In this document: one piece after another, positions 47,415 through 56,727 of the stretch
Layout: every line of letters begins with the position of its first letter
How positions within the stretch are numbered: the stretch's first letter is position 1
Origin: Candidatus Micrarchaeota archaeon
GTDB lineage: Archaea > Micrarchaeota > Micrarchaeia > Micrarchaeales > CABMGC01
Reading direction: 5' to 3'
NCBI GenBank assembly: GCA_021852055.1
Contig: JAJZOD010000010.1
Coordinates: 50,770 to 114,769 of the forward strand
DNA: 64,000 nt
Made by a program: the position numbers and the translations under genes
Notes under the pieces: generated by a model
Told to the model about the DNA's origin: nothing
The model's input: the letters and a program-made list of their open reading frames with translations, nothing else
Databases searched by the model: none

Positions 47415-47579
47415 ATAAATCCCGATTTTATATCTTTAAATCACCTATAAATGCCTTTTGTATAAATAAGTGAGAAATCTGCAAAAGATATACACCGTAA
47501 TATCGTTGCAGAATCTAGTTTCAATCGGCCTGGACAAATTAGCTAAGATATATAAATCAGGGCTTGCCAAAGGAACATC

Positions 47580-48488
47580 ATGAGGAAAAATACAGCTCAA
47601 AATGATAACAAAGTGGCAGTTTCCATAGGCGGTGCGCTGCAGTTTGCATATGCAAAAGGGGCATCTGACATATATCTTGCCAAGCGGATATCAGAAGTTC
47701 TTCGCGGTTCAGCAGACAACACTCTTGGTAGAGATTTGCATGACTCTGTGATGCGGACTACGCTTCCGCTTTCAGCAGAATTACGCCATAAAACAGTGAG
47801 TGCCCTTGTAAGAAAAGAGCTTTCCAGTGGTGAAGTGAATTCTGCCATGGAGCTTGGTTCGGGGTTTTCAACACGCGGCATAGAACTCGCTCTCAATCTC
47901 GGGATAAACTATACAGAAGTCGATTTCTCGTGGATAGTCCAGATTAAGGCTGATGTTATGCGTGCAGTAAACCTTAACCTAAGGACAGAAAATGGAGCAG
48001 TATTTGTAAATCGTGGCCTAGAAAATAATCTCCATATTGTACCTGGCGATGTTTTGCATGGCACACTTCTAGAGGATATTTCATCGAATATCGAAGGGCC
48101 TGTAGTTATTATAACAGAAGGCCTTGTATCACACTTTACTATTGAAGATGCAGAATCACTTTGTAAAAGAATACATGGAATACTCTCGAAAAATGGCGGA
48201 GCCTGGATAAGCTCGGATAATATTATCAGGTCAGAAAAAGCTCAGAACGAGCTGCATTCAACATTGCATTTCAAGAAGAACCTGTTTTCTATGAAAAGCC
48301 GTGAGGAATTTCAGCGATTTTACAAAGTATTGGGATTTAATAAAGTCGATTTTCATCCTGTTTATGATGGAAGCTATCCTATAACAAACAGCATATTTAA
48401 GTCAAATCCCAGTGCATGTGTGGACCCAATAGAAAGGATGATCAATGGCTCGGAAGACGAGCAAAATCTCATCAGCATTGTACGCTGA
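47580..48488 (+). CDS. Class I SAM-dependent methyltransferase, LCM/COG3315-like
   Basis: MELGSGFSTRGIEL (motif I), YTEVDFSWIVQIK, and VVIITEGLVSHF follow the leucine-carboxyl/O-methyltransferase family layout. Confidence 0.55.
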   Translation: MRKNTAQNDNKVAVSIGGALQFAYAKGASDIYLAKRISEVLRGSADNTLGRDLHDSVMRTTLPLSAELRHKTVSALVRKELSSGEVNSAMELGSGFSTRGIELALNLGINYTEVDFSWIVQIKADVMRAVNLNLRTENGAVFVNRGLENNLHIVPGDVLHGTLLEDISSNIEGPVVIITEGLVSHFTIEDAESLCKRIHGILSKNGGAWISSDNIIRSEKAQNELHSTLHFKKNLFSMKSREEFQRFYKVLGFNKVDFHPVYDGSYPITNSIFKSNPSACVDPIERMINGSEDEQNLISIVR

Positions 48489-48513
48489 GTTATGCATAAA
48501 TGCCTGCAGCACT

Positions 48514-48909
48514 CTACAATATTTGATCATCATAAAGTGCAAATCCAAGAACAGCAGCTACACCATACCTCCCATTTCTGGCGGAGTGTTTACGGGCTTT
48601 TTTGATTAGTTTTTTAATTTCAACATCTCCAAGTTTAAATCTCTGTGTTATCCTAGAAAATTTACCCCAGTGTGCAGTCTCTAATGCAACTATTCCTGCC
48701 TGCCTTGCTGCAACTTTAAGAGTCCGTTCTCGCCTTTCATGGTTCATTTTCGGCACTCCTTTTTCTCTTATCCTACATTCTACTTCTGTATAGTTGCCGC
48801 GAACTATGCTTTGTATTATTCCATTAAGATAACTGTTTTTACCTTCAATTTTTGGAATGCTGTCAGATAATGTGCCTGCATCGAACCTTAACTCTTTTTG
48901 TTTTCGCAT
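48514..48909 (-). CDS. Hypothetical protein (ORFan operon, gene 4)
   Basis: 131-aa basic ORF, 23 bp after the preceding gene. No motif recognised. Confidence 0.4.
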   Translation of the reverse strand: MRKQKELRFDAGTLSDSIPKIEGKNSYLNGIIQSIVRGNYTEVECRIREKGVPKMNHERRERTLKVAARQAGIVALETAHWGKFSRITQRFKLGDVEIKKLIKKARKHSARNGRYGVAAVLGFALYDDQIL

Positions 48910-48932
48910 CTTAATACCAGATTGTTGTATTA

Positions 48933-49166
48933 TTATCTTGCAAAGCCACCATTATATTCCTTATATTGCTCTGCCATTTTGTGTGTTTGCAATAAAAAGT
49001 GTTCAACTGCCATAAATTTTGTATCTAAAAATGAAAGATCTCTATTAATGCATTCGTTGTTGTTACTAATGCCTAATTTTTCCTTCGACATCAAATCTAT
49101 GACTGGAACATTGCCCTCTTTATTAACAATTGCGTTGCTGATTTTTATGTGCGTTGTTCTTGGCAT
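48933..49166 (-). CDS. Hypothetical protein (ORFan operon, gene 3)
   Basis: 77-aa ORF, 37 bp after the preceding gene. Confidence 0.35.
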   Translation of the reverse strand: MPRTTHIKISNAIVNKEGNVPVIDLMSKEKLGISNNNECINRDLSFLDTKFMAVEHFLLQTHKMAEQYKEYNGGFAR

Positions 49167-49203
49167 TTTGTAACCTTTTTCAATACCACGCTTAGTTTAT
49201 AGC

Positions 49204-49674
49204 CTACATTTTTTTATCATTCTGAGAATCAAGATGTCCTGAAGTAAGGTCCGGCATGGACTTCCGGCTAAAAGGCGCTGAAGCATGCACGCTATCAAAA
49301 AACTTGAGGTAGCCTGCTACAACGCCGAGTCCCTTTTCCTCCTTAATTGCCTTTAGTTGCCTTAGGAATCCTTCACTTATAAAGTACCCGTCTTGCGTTT
49401 TGTTTATCAAATTGAAGTAGCTTTTTAATATCCGGAGTGTTTCTGCATTGCTTTCTATGCCGCTCACAATAGCATCTGCTGCAGCATCAATATCATCTTT
49501 TCTGTATATTCCTGACATTGATGACACAGCCTTAAAATACTCTGACATGGCATCAATTGTAAGCCTGTTGACACAGAGCGACGGCTGTCTGATTACATCT
49601 TCCCCGTGCCTTGCTGCTGCTTTCAACGGAGCATTAGAACTGTCGCTGCTCTGTTTCGTTGTCCGGATAACCAT
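49204..49674 (-). CDS. Hypothetical protein (ORFan operon, gene 2)
   Basis: 156-aa ORF with predicted helical composition. Confidence 0.4.
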   Translation of the reverse strand: MVIRTTKQSSDSSNAPLKAAARHGEDVIRQPSLCVNRLTIDAMSEYFKAVSSMSGIYRKDDIDAAADAIVSGIESNAETLRILKSYFNLINKTQDGYFISEGFLRQLKAIKEEKGLGVVAGYLKFFDSVHASAPFSRKSMPDLTSGHLDSQNDKKM

Positions 49675-49757
49675 ACAAGCGCCCTTCTCCGGATATGCTT
49701 TTCTCCAATATGGTATATAATAATATTGGTTTTATTGTTTATTTTATTAATGTCTCC

Positions 49758-50387
49758 TTAAACATTTCGCCTTAAACTGGCAAAAACGCTAAAAAGGCCC
49801 TTTCCTTCTACGTGATGCTGAGATAATGTGCCATCGTATCGCAGGAACTCCTCAATACGCGCTATTTTTAATTGCTCGACCGTACTGTCAAGGTGTCCGT
49901 TTAAAGCTTTAAATGCATCAACTGCGCTTACCAGTGTCCTCACATCTTTATACTGCTTTGTTGTCCTCACAACAGTGTCATTGAACGGGTCAAATACCCT
50001 TTCCTGGAGCTGTTTTATCCAATTTAAGGCTGCCATGTGCAGTTCTGCAGTTACACCTATTTCGAGGCATTTTTCTGAAATATCCTCTGCAGTTCTGTTG
50101 ATAAACCTTCCTGGCAGCTGCCTGACCATTATAAAATGAGTACGGTGCCATGAATACAAATCCCACTGTATTTTCTCTTCATATCTTCTGTCAAACGTCA
50201 GCACTCTCCATTTTGCAGTTTTATCCTCGACTTCACGTCTATACCTCCTTTCAAGTGCTGTATCTATCTCATTATATACTTTAGCGAATTCATCCAGGTT
50301 CGTGTTCAGCGTACCGGCACATGATGTCTGCCATTTTTCAATGTCCTGCCTGAATGCCTTTCCCCTTCTTACAAATAAAGCTGACAT
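49758..50387 (-). CDS. Hypothetical protein (ORFan operon, gene 1)
   Basis: 209-aa ORF. A TATA-like ATATTTATAGG lies about 35 nt upstream on the minus strand. Confidence 0.45.
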   Translation of the reverse strand: MSALFVRRGKAFRQDIEKWQTSCAGTLNTNLDEFAKVYNEIDTALERRYRREVEDKTAKWRVLTFDRRYEEKIQWDLYSWHRTHFIMVRQLPGRFINRTAEDISEKCLEIGVTAELHMAALNWIKQLQERVFDPFNDTVVRTTKQYKDVRTLVSAVDAFKALNGHLDSTVEQLKIARIEEFLRYDGTLSQHHVEGKGLFSVFASLRRNV

Positions 50388-50498
50388 AAAATCATAAAAT
50401 AGGTTGTTGGTTTACCTATAAATATCTTATTTCTGCGTGCTAGAAGCATTTTGCATAAATAATACAACATATCTCATGTCTAACCAGAAGTTTGGAGT

Positions 50499-51092
50499 TT
50501 ATTCAGCGTTATCTTCAAGAATATGGTAAATGTTCAAAAGCTCGCGCGAAGAGTTCACTATACTGCAGCATATCTGCATTTTGTCGGCTCTTAATGATGA
50601 ATCGTGTATCTCATATGCGCTGGATATATTGATTATTGGAGTATGCTCGTTGTTGGGCCCGTACCTCCCATGCCTTAGATTGCTGGCTATGACATCGCCA
50701 TCATTATTGCTGTTGCTGCTGAGCCCAAGCCCCAGCGATCCATCCAAAAGTATAAGATGGAATTTTTCTTTTCTAAGCATCTCCAGCGCTTCATCTACGC
50801 TTTTAGGTATTATAAATATGGCAGAATCTCCGAGTTTGCTTTTCTCGGTCTCCTTGCAAAACCTGCTTACAGCAGACCTGAATCCATCCTGCAAGTCTTT
50901 GTCTTCTATTATCTGGTCATCTATTACAAGTACCATTTTCTTCGAATGCGACTGGTTTCTTATTACTGTTTTTCCGTTATTCTTGCCATCAGGCCTGTAT
51001 ACCTGCGCCACGCTGTCCGACCTTATACCCACACGGGCTGTGTTCTCACTTTCTGTGTCAATGCTTTTTCTCCTACTGCCTAAATGCTGCAT
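50499..51092 (-). CDS. Stand-alone CheY-like receiver (REC) domain protein with a polar N-terminal extension
   Basis: MVLVIDDQ (acidic pocket), FHLILLDGSL (putative phospho-acceptor Asp), PIINISS (T/S position). No output domain. Confidence 0.5.
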   Translation of the reverse strand: MQHLGSRRKSIDTESENTARVGIRSDSVAQVYRPDGKNNGKTVIRNQSHSKKMVLVIDDQIIEDKDLQDGFRSAVSRFCKETEKSKLGDSAIFIIPKSVDEALEMLRKEKFHLILLDGSLGLGLSSNSNNDGDVIASNLRHGRYGPNNEHTPIINISSAYEIHDSSLRADKMQICCSIVNSSRELLNIYHILEDNAE

Positions 51093-51101
51093 CGATATCG
51101 C

Positions 51102-51740
51102 CTAGATCCTAACAGCATACGTGTGCCTGTAAACCTTCTTCCCCTGCTTAAGGCCGTAAAGTGTGTATGATGGTACAAATTCAACATCATGGCTTGACAG
51201 GTAAGCTGCAGCAAGCTTCTTGTTGCTCAGGTATATATCAAGGCCGTTGTCTGCCTCTTTTACCTTAGTTATAAACTCGTTTCTCTTCTCGAAGTATCTT
51301 GTTACCCTGTTAACGAACCTCTCCATCTTTTCCGAATCCGAGCCACGGAGCTGTATCACTGCTTCGTAGTAGCCGCCTGATATCCTGTTGCATCTCTCGC
51401 ACATCTGCTTTTTCCATTTTATATGGATCTTCTTATTGACTGTAACAGAGTATTCCGGAAGATCCTCTGTTATCTTCAATGTCACCGAATCCTCGTCTGC
51501 GCTCATAAGCCTTATCCTGTAGCCTTTTATCACCTGCGATAATGCGTCCTCTAAGGCCTCTGAGGTATGCTCCATATATCCTCCTTTTGATTTTATCATT
51601 CCACAGCGATGGCACACTGTGAGCTCTACCTCATCCGGGAGTTTTTTCTGCATCTTGCTTTCGACGCAGTAGCTGCAGAACTCGCCGAAGAACTTCGTAT
51701 CTGCGCTTGACCTATTGCAAATGGGGCAGTGCTTGGGCAT
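51102..51740 (-). CDS. NMD3-family protein (archaeal homolog of the 60S export adaptor)
   Basis: N-terminal CPICN...FCSYC...CHRCG zinc-binding pattern followed by an NMD3-like body. It starts immediately after the secD stop. Confidence 0.6.
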   Translation of the reverse strand: MPKHCPICNRSSADTKFFGEFCSYCVESKMQKKLPDEVELTVCHRCGMIKSKGGYMEHTSEALEDALSQVIKGYRIRLMSADEDSVTLKITEDLPEYSVTVNKKIHIKWKKQMCERCNRISGGYYEAVIQLRGSDSEKMERFVNRVTRYFEKRNEFITKVKEADNGLDIYLSNKKLAAAYLSSHDVEFVPSYTLYGLKQGKKVYRHTYAVRI

Positions 51741-53330
51741 CTATGCTGCACCTCCTTTTGAGAAGTGCCTGCTTAGTATAGCACCGAATGCCGGCCTGGT
51801 TATAACTGCGCCAAACAGCGCACCCAATATTGTCGATTCTGCGAAACCTATAACTGTAACAAGCGATGAAGAGAACAGCAGCGGAAGCATTGCTATTATA
51901 AGGAGTATTGCGTCTGCCCATACTATGTAAAATGCATGGTTAAGCTTTGATTTAAAGCTTGCCTCGCCTGAGCCGACTATAACCTCGTCAGAGATAATTA
52001 TCTGCGCATCAACGCCCGTTCCTACTACTGCTATCATCCCTGCAACTGCCGCCAGGTCTATAGTGCCTATAGTGCCTATTATGGAAACAATAATGAAAAG
52101 CTCTGCGACTGTAGTTAGTATTATTGGCATTACAAGAAACGCGCGCTTGTACCTTATGCTTATGGTTATGGCGACTGCCACCACAGCAAGAAGCAGCGCA
52201 AATACGCTTATAACCTCAAAATGCTGCCCCAGCGTCGGCGGTGTTGTAAACGGCACTCCGACTATCACGCTCACAGGCAGTGCACCGCCGCTAAGCACGC
52301 TTGCTATAGTTGATGACTCATTCTGCGCGCTCTGCACCCTCTGCTGCAATGTTGTGCCGTTCTGCGCATTGCCTGTTATCTGGTAAGCCTCGTTTATGCC
52401 GCCATTGGTAACTCCTGCACTGAGTATCGGCGCCGATAGAAGGCCAACTGCAGGCCATGCGTTAAGCAGTATGCTTGAGCTGAAGTTTCCTGACGCAATA
52501 AATGAAGGGAGCATCTGCTGTGCTGTCTTCTCTGTAACCGTATAATTGAGCGATGTGAGGTTTTGAACTATGTACGCAGGGGTGTTGTTCTCCAGTATTA
52601 CATCACTGTATCTGTTTTTATTGTTTTTGAAGAATGCATACGTGTTCTTCCAGCCTGCAGTGCCGTTTCCCAGCAACTCAACAGGTATGGTCTGGTTGCC
52701 AAGCTCAAGAGCGGAAGACATGGCCTGCAGCCCTTCCTGTGCGTTTATGCCCTGCGCCGTTATAACCGACGAGTTCAATAATACTACTGCATTCTCAGGC
52801 CTGTCAAGAAACATGTACAAGGGCTTGTTTGCCTGTCCGTATGCTATCTTTGCGAAATGATCTGCGCCTGATGTCGTGGTGTAAAAGCTTACGACCCATG
52901 TTGCGTTGTTGCCCGATGTTGTTACAGATGGCTGTATGCCTCCGCTGCCTCCCAGTATATTGGAGCCATTTATTGCAACCTCGCCGTTAACTATGCCCTG
53001 GAATATGCCCTGCTGCTCCACCACTGCTATGGTGCTGTTAATGTCATTTTGATTTACTGAAGGTATTATTAGATACACTGCAGAGTCGCCTATGCCCTCT
53101 ATTGTCACCTCCTTCAAGCCGAATGTCGATACCCTCTGCTGAAGTGTTGACAGAAGCGAGGTCATGGTTGCGGGGGTAACTGAATGCTGCAGTGTCAGCG
53201 GTATCTCAGTGCCTCCAGAGAACTCTATTCCCAAGTGTATGCCGTAATAGGCGTCTGCTGCAGCCAACAGTGCAACTATTGCTATGAGCAGCAGTATCCT
53301 CCTGTCTTTCAGATAATCTAAGCCTATCAT
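51741..53330 (-). CDS. secD: Protein-export membrane protein SecD
   Basis: One N-terminal TM, a large periplasmic domain, and a C-terminal 5-TM bundle with GMIAVVGTGVDAQIIISDE (SecD signature). Confidence 0.85.
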   Translation of the reverse strand: MIGLDYLKDRRILLLIAIVALLAAADAYYGIHLGIEFSGGTEIPLTLQHSVTPATMTSLLSTLQQRVSTFGLKEVTIEGIGDSAVYLIIPSVNQNDINSTIAVVEQQGIFQGIVNGEVAINGSNILGGSGGIQPSVTTSGNNATWVVSFYTTTSGADHFAKIAYGQANKPLYMFLDRPENAVVLLNSSVITAQGINAQEGLQAMSSALELGNQTIPVELLGNGTAGWKNTYAFFKNNKNRYSDVILENNTPAYIVQNLTSLNYTVTEKTAQQMLPSFIASGNFSSSILLNAWPAVGLLSAPILSAGVTNGGINEAYQITGNAQNGTTLQQRVQSAQNESSTIASVLSGGALPVSVIVGVPFTTPPTLGQHFEVISVFALLLAVVAVAITISIRYKRAFLVMPIILTTVAELFIIVSIIGTIGTIDLAAVAGMIAVVGTGVDAQIIISDEVIVGSGEASFKSKLNHAFYIVWADAILLIIAMLPLLFSSSLVTVIGFAESTILGALFGAVITRPAFGAILSRHFSKGGAA

Positions 53331-54481
53331 ACCTTATCCTTCCTCTTTTTATAGAATAGAACTATCGATGCGTTGCCAAGCCATGTTGTGAATATATCGC
53401 CTATAAGGCCGAACAGCACAACGCCGGATATCTCGTAATATGTTGGCACATATGCATACAGCGACACCGCAAACAGCACACCGAATGAGACTATCGCAGC
53501 TACTGTCATTGTCAGCCCTGTTTTCATAGATGCGAAAGCGCGGTCCTCCGGTGCACCCTCATGCCTCTTTAGTATGCGCACTGCATTCAACAGGTCTGTG
53601 TCTATGGCGTATCCTATAAGCATCAGAAGCCCGCCTATGCTCGCCACTCCAAGCGGTATGCCGAAGAGGCCCATTGCGCCTATTGCAACTATCATGTCGT
53701 TTGCGGCCCCGAATACCACTGCAAACGCTGGCGCTACAGACCTGAATATAAAGAATACAACTATCGAGATTATTATAAATGCTATTATTATTACATATTC
53801 TAACTGTCCCAGGAAGAAGCTCCCAAGCGTTGGCGTAAGCTGCTGGTATGAATAGGTTGTAAATGGAACTATGTCACGCACTGCGCTTATCGTTTGGTTT
53901 TCATAAACTGCGCTTGCATTTGCATACTCGCCCTGTGCCATAGCTAATATCTCGGATGGCGTTGCATCACTCTGCGGCGTTTTGCTGCCTATGAACGGCT
54001 GCAGCATGCTGAGCTCATCAGTCAAGGAGGTGCGCATTCCAGCCAGCGAACTGTTTTCAAGCTGTTGCTCAGCAGCAAGCTGCTTTATCAGGGTCTGGTT
54101 TCCGCGTGATGCATTCAGCGCTATCGATGTTGTTGTTATGTTCAGCTGGCTTGTGGTGTAATTTGTGTTGAATGCATAAAGGTTTATGAGGTCTGCTTCC
54201 GCATTAGATATGCTCTGGTTTATTGCTATAGTTATTGTAAGCCCTCCGGGGCTTGACTGTATGGACGGGCTTGTGGTGTGCAGTTTGCTGCTTACCTCGC
54301 TCGCAAGCAGCTGCTGGTTTACTGCAGTGCTTGTCTGCAATGTTATGCTTACACCGCCTGCAAGCGACGAGTCAAGCACTATGTGCGTTGAAAAGTATAG
54401 CCCGAATACAAGCAGCACCAGAGGTACGGCTATGTAGTATCTTGCGTATTTGCTTTTGTATATATTTGGCAGGGTAACCAT
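53327..54481 (-). CDS. secF: Protein-export membrane protein SecF
   Basis: C-terminal LMLIGYAIDTDLLNAVRILK (cf. IGYS.ND.IV.FDRIRE). 4-bp overlap with secD. Confidence 0.85.
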   Translation of the reverse strand: MVTLPNIYKSKYARYYIAVPLVLLVFGLYFSTHIVLDSSLAGGVSITLQTSTAVNQQLLASEVSSKLHTTSPSIQSSPGGLTITIAINQSISNAEADLINLYAFNTNYTTSQLNITTTSIALNASRGNQTLIKQLAAEQQLENSSLAGMRTSLTDELSMLQPFIGSKTPQSDATPSEILAMAQGEYANASAVYENQTISAVRDIVPFTTYSYQQLTPTLGSFFLGQLEYVIIIAFIIISIVVFFIFRSVAPAFAVVFGAANDMIVAIGAMGLFGIPLGVASIGGLLMLIGYAIDTDLLNAVRILKRHEGAPEDRAFASMKTGLTMTVAAIVSFGVLFAVSLYAYVPTYYEISGVVLFGLIGDIFTTWLGNASIVLFYKKRKDKV

Positions 54482-54657
54482 GAAATCGTTGCTACCTATC
54501 CGAAGCTGAAGCGCTTTAGAAGTAAGTATGTTATGTGCATGAAGGTTTTTATGTGTTTGCGGATACCTGCGCTATTTGACTTGTGACACTGCATAAAACC
54601 TTTGCCTTTTTGGCCAGGACATATTCTAGACTTGCATGCACGCATTATTTCAGTATT

Positions 54658-54687
54658 CTGTTTTGCACTGCGCTGTTTTGCACTGCA
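54658..54687 (+). repeat. Tandem 15-bp direct repeat CTGTTTTGCACTGC(G/A)
   Basis: Read directly; the two units are 14/15 identical. It sits in the secF/HTH-gene divergent intergenic region. Confidence 0.8.
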
Positions 54688-54861
54688 TTTTTATATGTCT
54701 TATCTCACGCCCATCTTAAAGATAGGAGTTCACAGCCGTCTTGTATTTTATCAGCCATACCTTTTCATGAACTTGCCGTGTTTCTGTTCTTTTTTTCATT
54801 ATATTTAGATGTTTCTCATAAAACAGAAACATATTTAAATGAGCTAATCCAAAATAGAAAC

Positions 54862-55467
54862 ATGAACAGGAAGGAAGTGGTGTTCAGAAGGCTTGGATGC
54901 GACGCCATAGAGGGAAGGCTCAGCTTCACACAGCTTGCTCTATCGAAGGAACTGAGAATGTCGCTGAGCATTGTAAACAGCGCAGTAAAGAGCCTCGAAG
55001 GCATCGGCGCCGTGGTGCTCAGGGAGCGAGGCTTTGAGGTAATATCCCTGAGCAAACTGCTTCTGTACTGGGCGACTCACAGGAACCTCAAGAAAGACAT
55101 AGTATACCAGACAAGGGTGGAGATGCCTGTAAAGGAAATAGAGCGGACCATGCCTGACGGAATCGCATTCACCGGCTATTCCGGCTATAGGCTCCGTTTC
55201 GGCGAGGCCCCTGCAGACTACAGCGAAGCGTATGCATACGCCACGGACGCAACATTGGAGCATATCAAGAAAAGGTTCAGCCACAATGACAAGATACCGA
55301 ATGTGATAATCCTGCGCTGCGACAGCGAACTGGAAAACGAGATATTGGGCAAAAAGCTGAAGGGCTCATCCGTATGCGCAGCGCAGCTTTTTGCAGACTT
55401 ATGGAACATGAACCAGTGGTATGCGAAGGACTTTGTCGATGCATTATCAAAGAGACTGGGAATATGA
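54862..55467 (+). CDS. wHTH protein, AbiEi-like putative antitoxin/regulator
   Basis: LSFTQLALSKELRMSLSIVNSAVKSLEGIGAV HTH. A TATA-like CATATTTAAATG lies about 25 nt upstream of ATG 54862 (leaderless). ATGA overlap with the next gene. Confidence 0.45.
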   Translation: MNRKEVVFRRLGCDAIEGRLSFTQLALSKELRMSLSIVNSAVKSLEGIGAVVLRERGFEVISLSKLLLYWATHRNLKKDIVYQTRVEMPVKEIERTMPDGIAFTGYSGYRLRFGEAPADYSEAYAYATDATLEHIKKRFSHNDKIPNVIILRCDSELENEILGKKLKGSSVCAAQLFADLWNMNQWYAKDFVDALSKRLGI

Positions 55468-56090
55468 CTGAGTTCTGGAACAGCGACACAACAGAAGCGA
55501 GCTGGAATGGATTGCAGAGGCTCTCCAAAGAGATCGATTTCGTGCTTATAGGTGGATGGGCAACGTATCTTTACACCAAGCTTCAAAAATCCAAGGACAT
55601 AGACATAGTGGCGGATTACAATTCGTTGCGGGTTCTGGAGGATACCTATCGGCTTTCCAAGAACGACAGGCTTTGCAAGTACGAAATAAAACTTGAGAGG
55701 TATGATATTGACATATACCTGCCAGGCTACTCCGTGCTGACGGTGCCTCCAAAGGACATACTGCATAACCACCACACCAGCATAGAGGGCTTCAATGTTG
55801 CAACTGCAGAGGCGCTTCTTGCTCTGAAGCTTGGCGCGGCCTCGGACAGGGGCAACAGCATCAAAGGGCAGAAGGACAAGATAGACATTTTAGGCATACT
55901 CTTCTATGCCAGGCCTGACCTACAGAAGCTCAAGGCGATGCTGGCAGCATACGGCAAGCCGCAATACTTAGAGCTCCTGCAGTCAACCCTCGCGGGGTTT
56001 AATCTGGACAGCCTGAACTACCTGAATCTTAACCAAAACAGCTTTTCCAAGCTGAAGAAAAGGCATCTGGAAGAGCTCAGGAGCATCTGA
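55464..56090 (+). CDS. Minimal nucleotidyltransferase-fold protein, AbiEii-like putative toxin
   Basis: IDFVLIGGWATYLY...SKDIDIV is a GG/GS...DxD polymerase-beta-type NTase signature. Translationally coupled to the HTH gene. Confidence 0.5.
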   Translation: MTEFWNSDTTEASWNGLQRLSKEIDFVLIGGWATYLYTKLQKSKDIDIVADYNSLRVLEDTYRLSKNDRLCKYEIKLERYDIDIYLPGYSVLTVPPKDILHNHHTSIEGFNVATAEALLALKLGAASDRGNSIKGQKDKIDILGILFYARPDLQKLKAMLAAYGKPQYLELLQSTLAGFNLDSLNYLNLNQNSFSKLKKRHLEELRSI

Positions 56091-56091
56091 T

Positions 56092-56376
56092 TCAGCCGTA
56101 TCTCTTCATGAACTTGCCGTGCAGCGCGCGCACAAATCCGTAGATTATTACCATAAGCGACAGCACTATAAGAGACACGCCCAGCGTTACTGTTGTGGTG
56201 TAGTGTAGTGCCTGCTGAAGAACAAGTATCGTGCCTACAAAGAATATGTATATTCCCCAATATATCGAATTGAATATATGCCATCCTGCATGCCGTTCAC
56301 GATAATGAAGCATGCGCTTCATTCTTGCGTCGTGGTACGCAGCAGCCTTCTCGAAATGCGATGATGTTTTTGCCAT
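56092..56376 (-). CDS. Small 2-TM membrane protein
   Basis: 94 aa with a basic N-terminus and two hydrophobic helices. Confidence 0.45.
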   Translation of the reverse strand: MAKTSSHFEKAAAYHDARMKRMLHYRERHAGWHIFNSIYWGIYIFFVGTILVLQQALHYTTTVTLGVSLIVLSLMVIIYGFVRALHGKFMKRYG

Positions 56377-56727
56377 TTAATCACATTTATACATTGAAGT
56401 AAACGCTTTTAAGTGTTTGCTGAAGTGAACACATGCGCAGCAATTCAAAATTCCCACGCTGAAGGATATGCAATTGCAGGATAATCATTGCAGCATGCTG
56501 CATCATAAAACATGCATTGTGCATTGATGCAACCAAAAAACTGCACTGTAAGATAATATGCAATATAATCGGGTTTAGTTAATCGGATTTAGTGTACAAG
56601 CTCACTGCGTTTGCCGTTTTTCCCTTAATCAGGTCCTTTTTCATGAACAGCACAGATGTGTGGTGCCTGTTATTCCTGTACCTCCGTTTCCTGTATCAAT
56701 GTTTTATGTAATGTTTCCTGTAGAAGT

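Noticed and set aside
54583-54861. Long N-terminal extension of the HTH ORF (start at 54583). Similar upstream extensions exist at 38234 (trpB2), 41155 (GNAT), 27323 (phosphodiesterase), 56973 (KaiC-like) and 55374 (NTase).
   Set aside because: The extensions cross promoter elements (TATA boxes at about 54829, 56965 and others) and encode F/L/C-rich nonsense. Internal ATGs sit at the expected distance from a TATA box or are coupled to the upstream stop.
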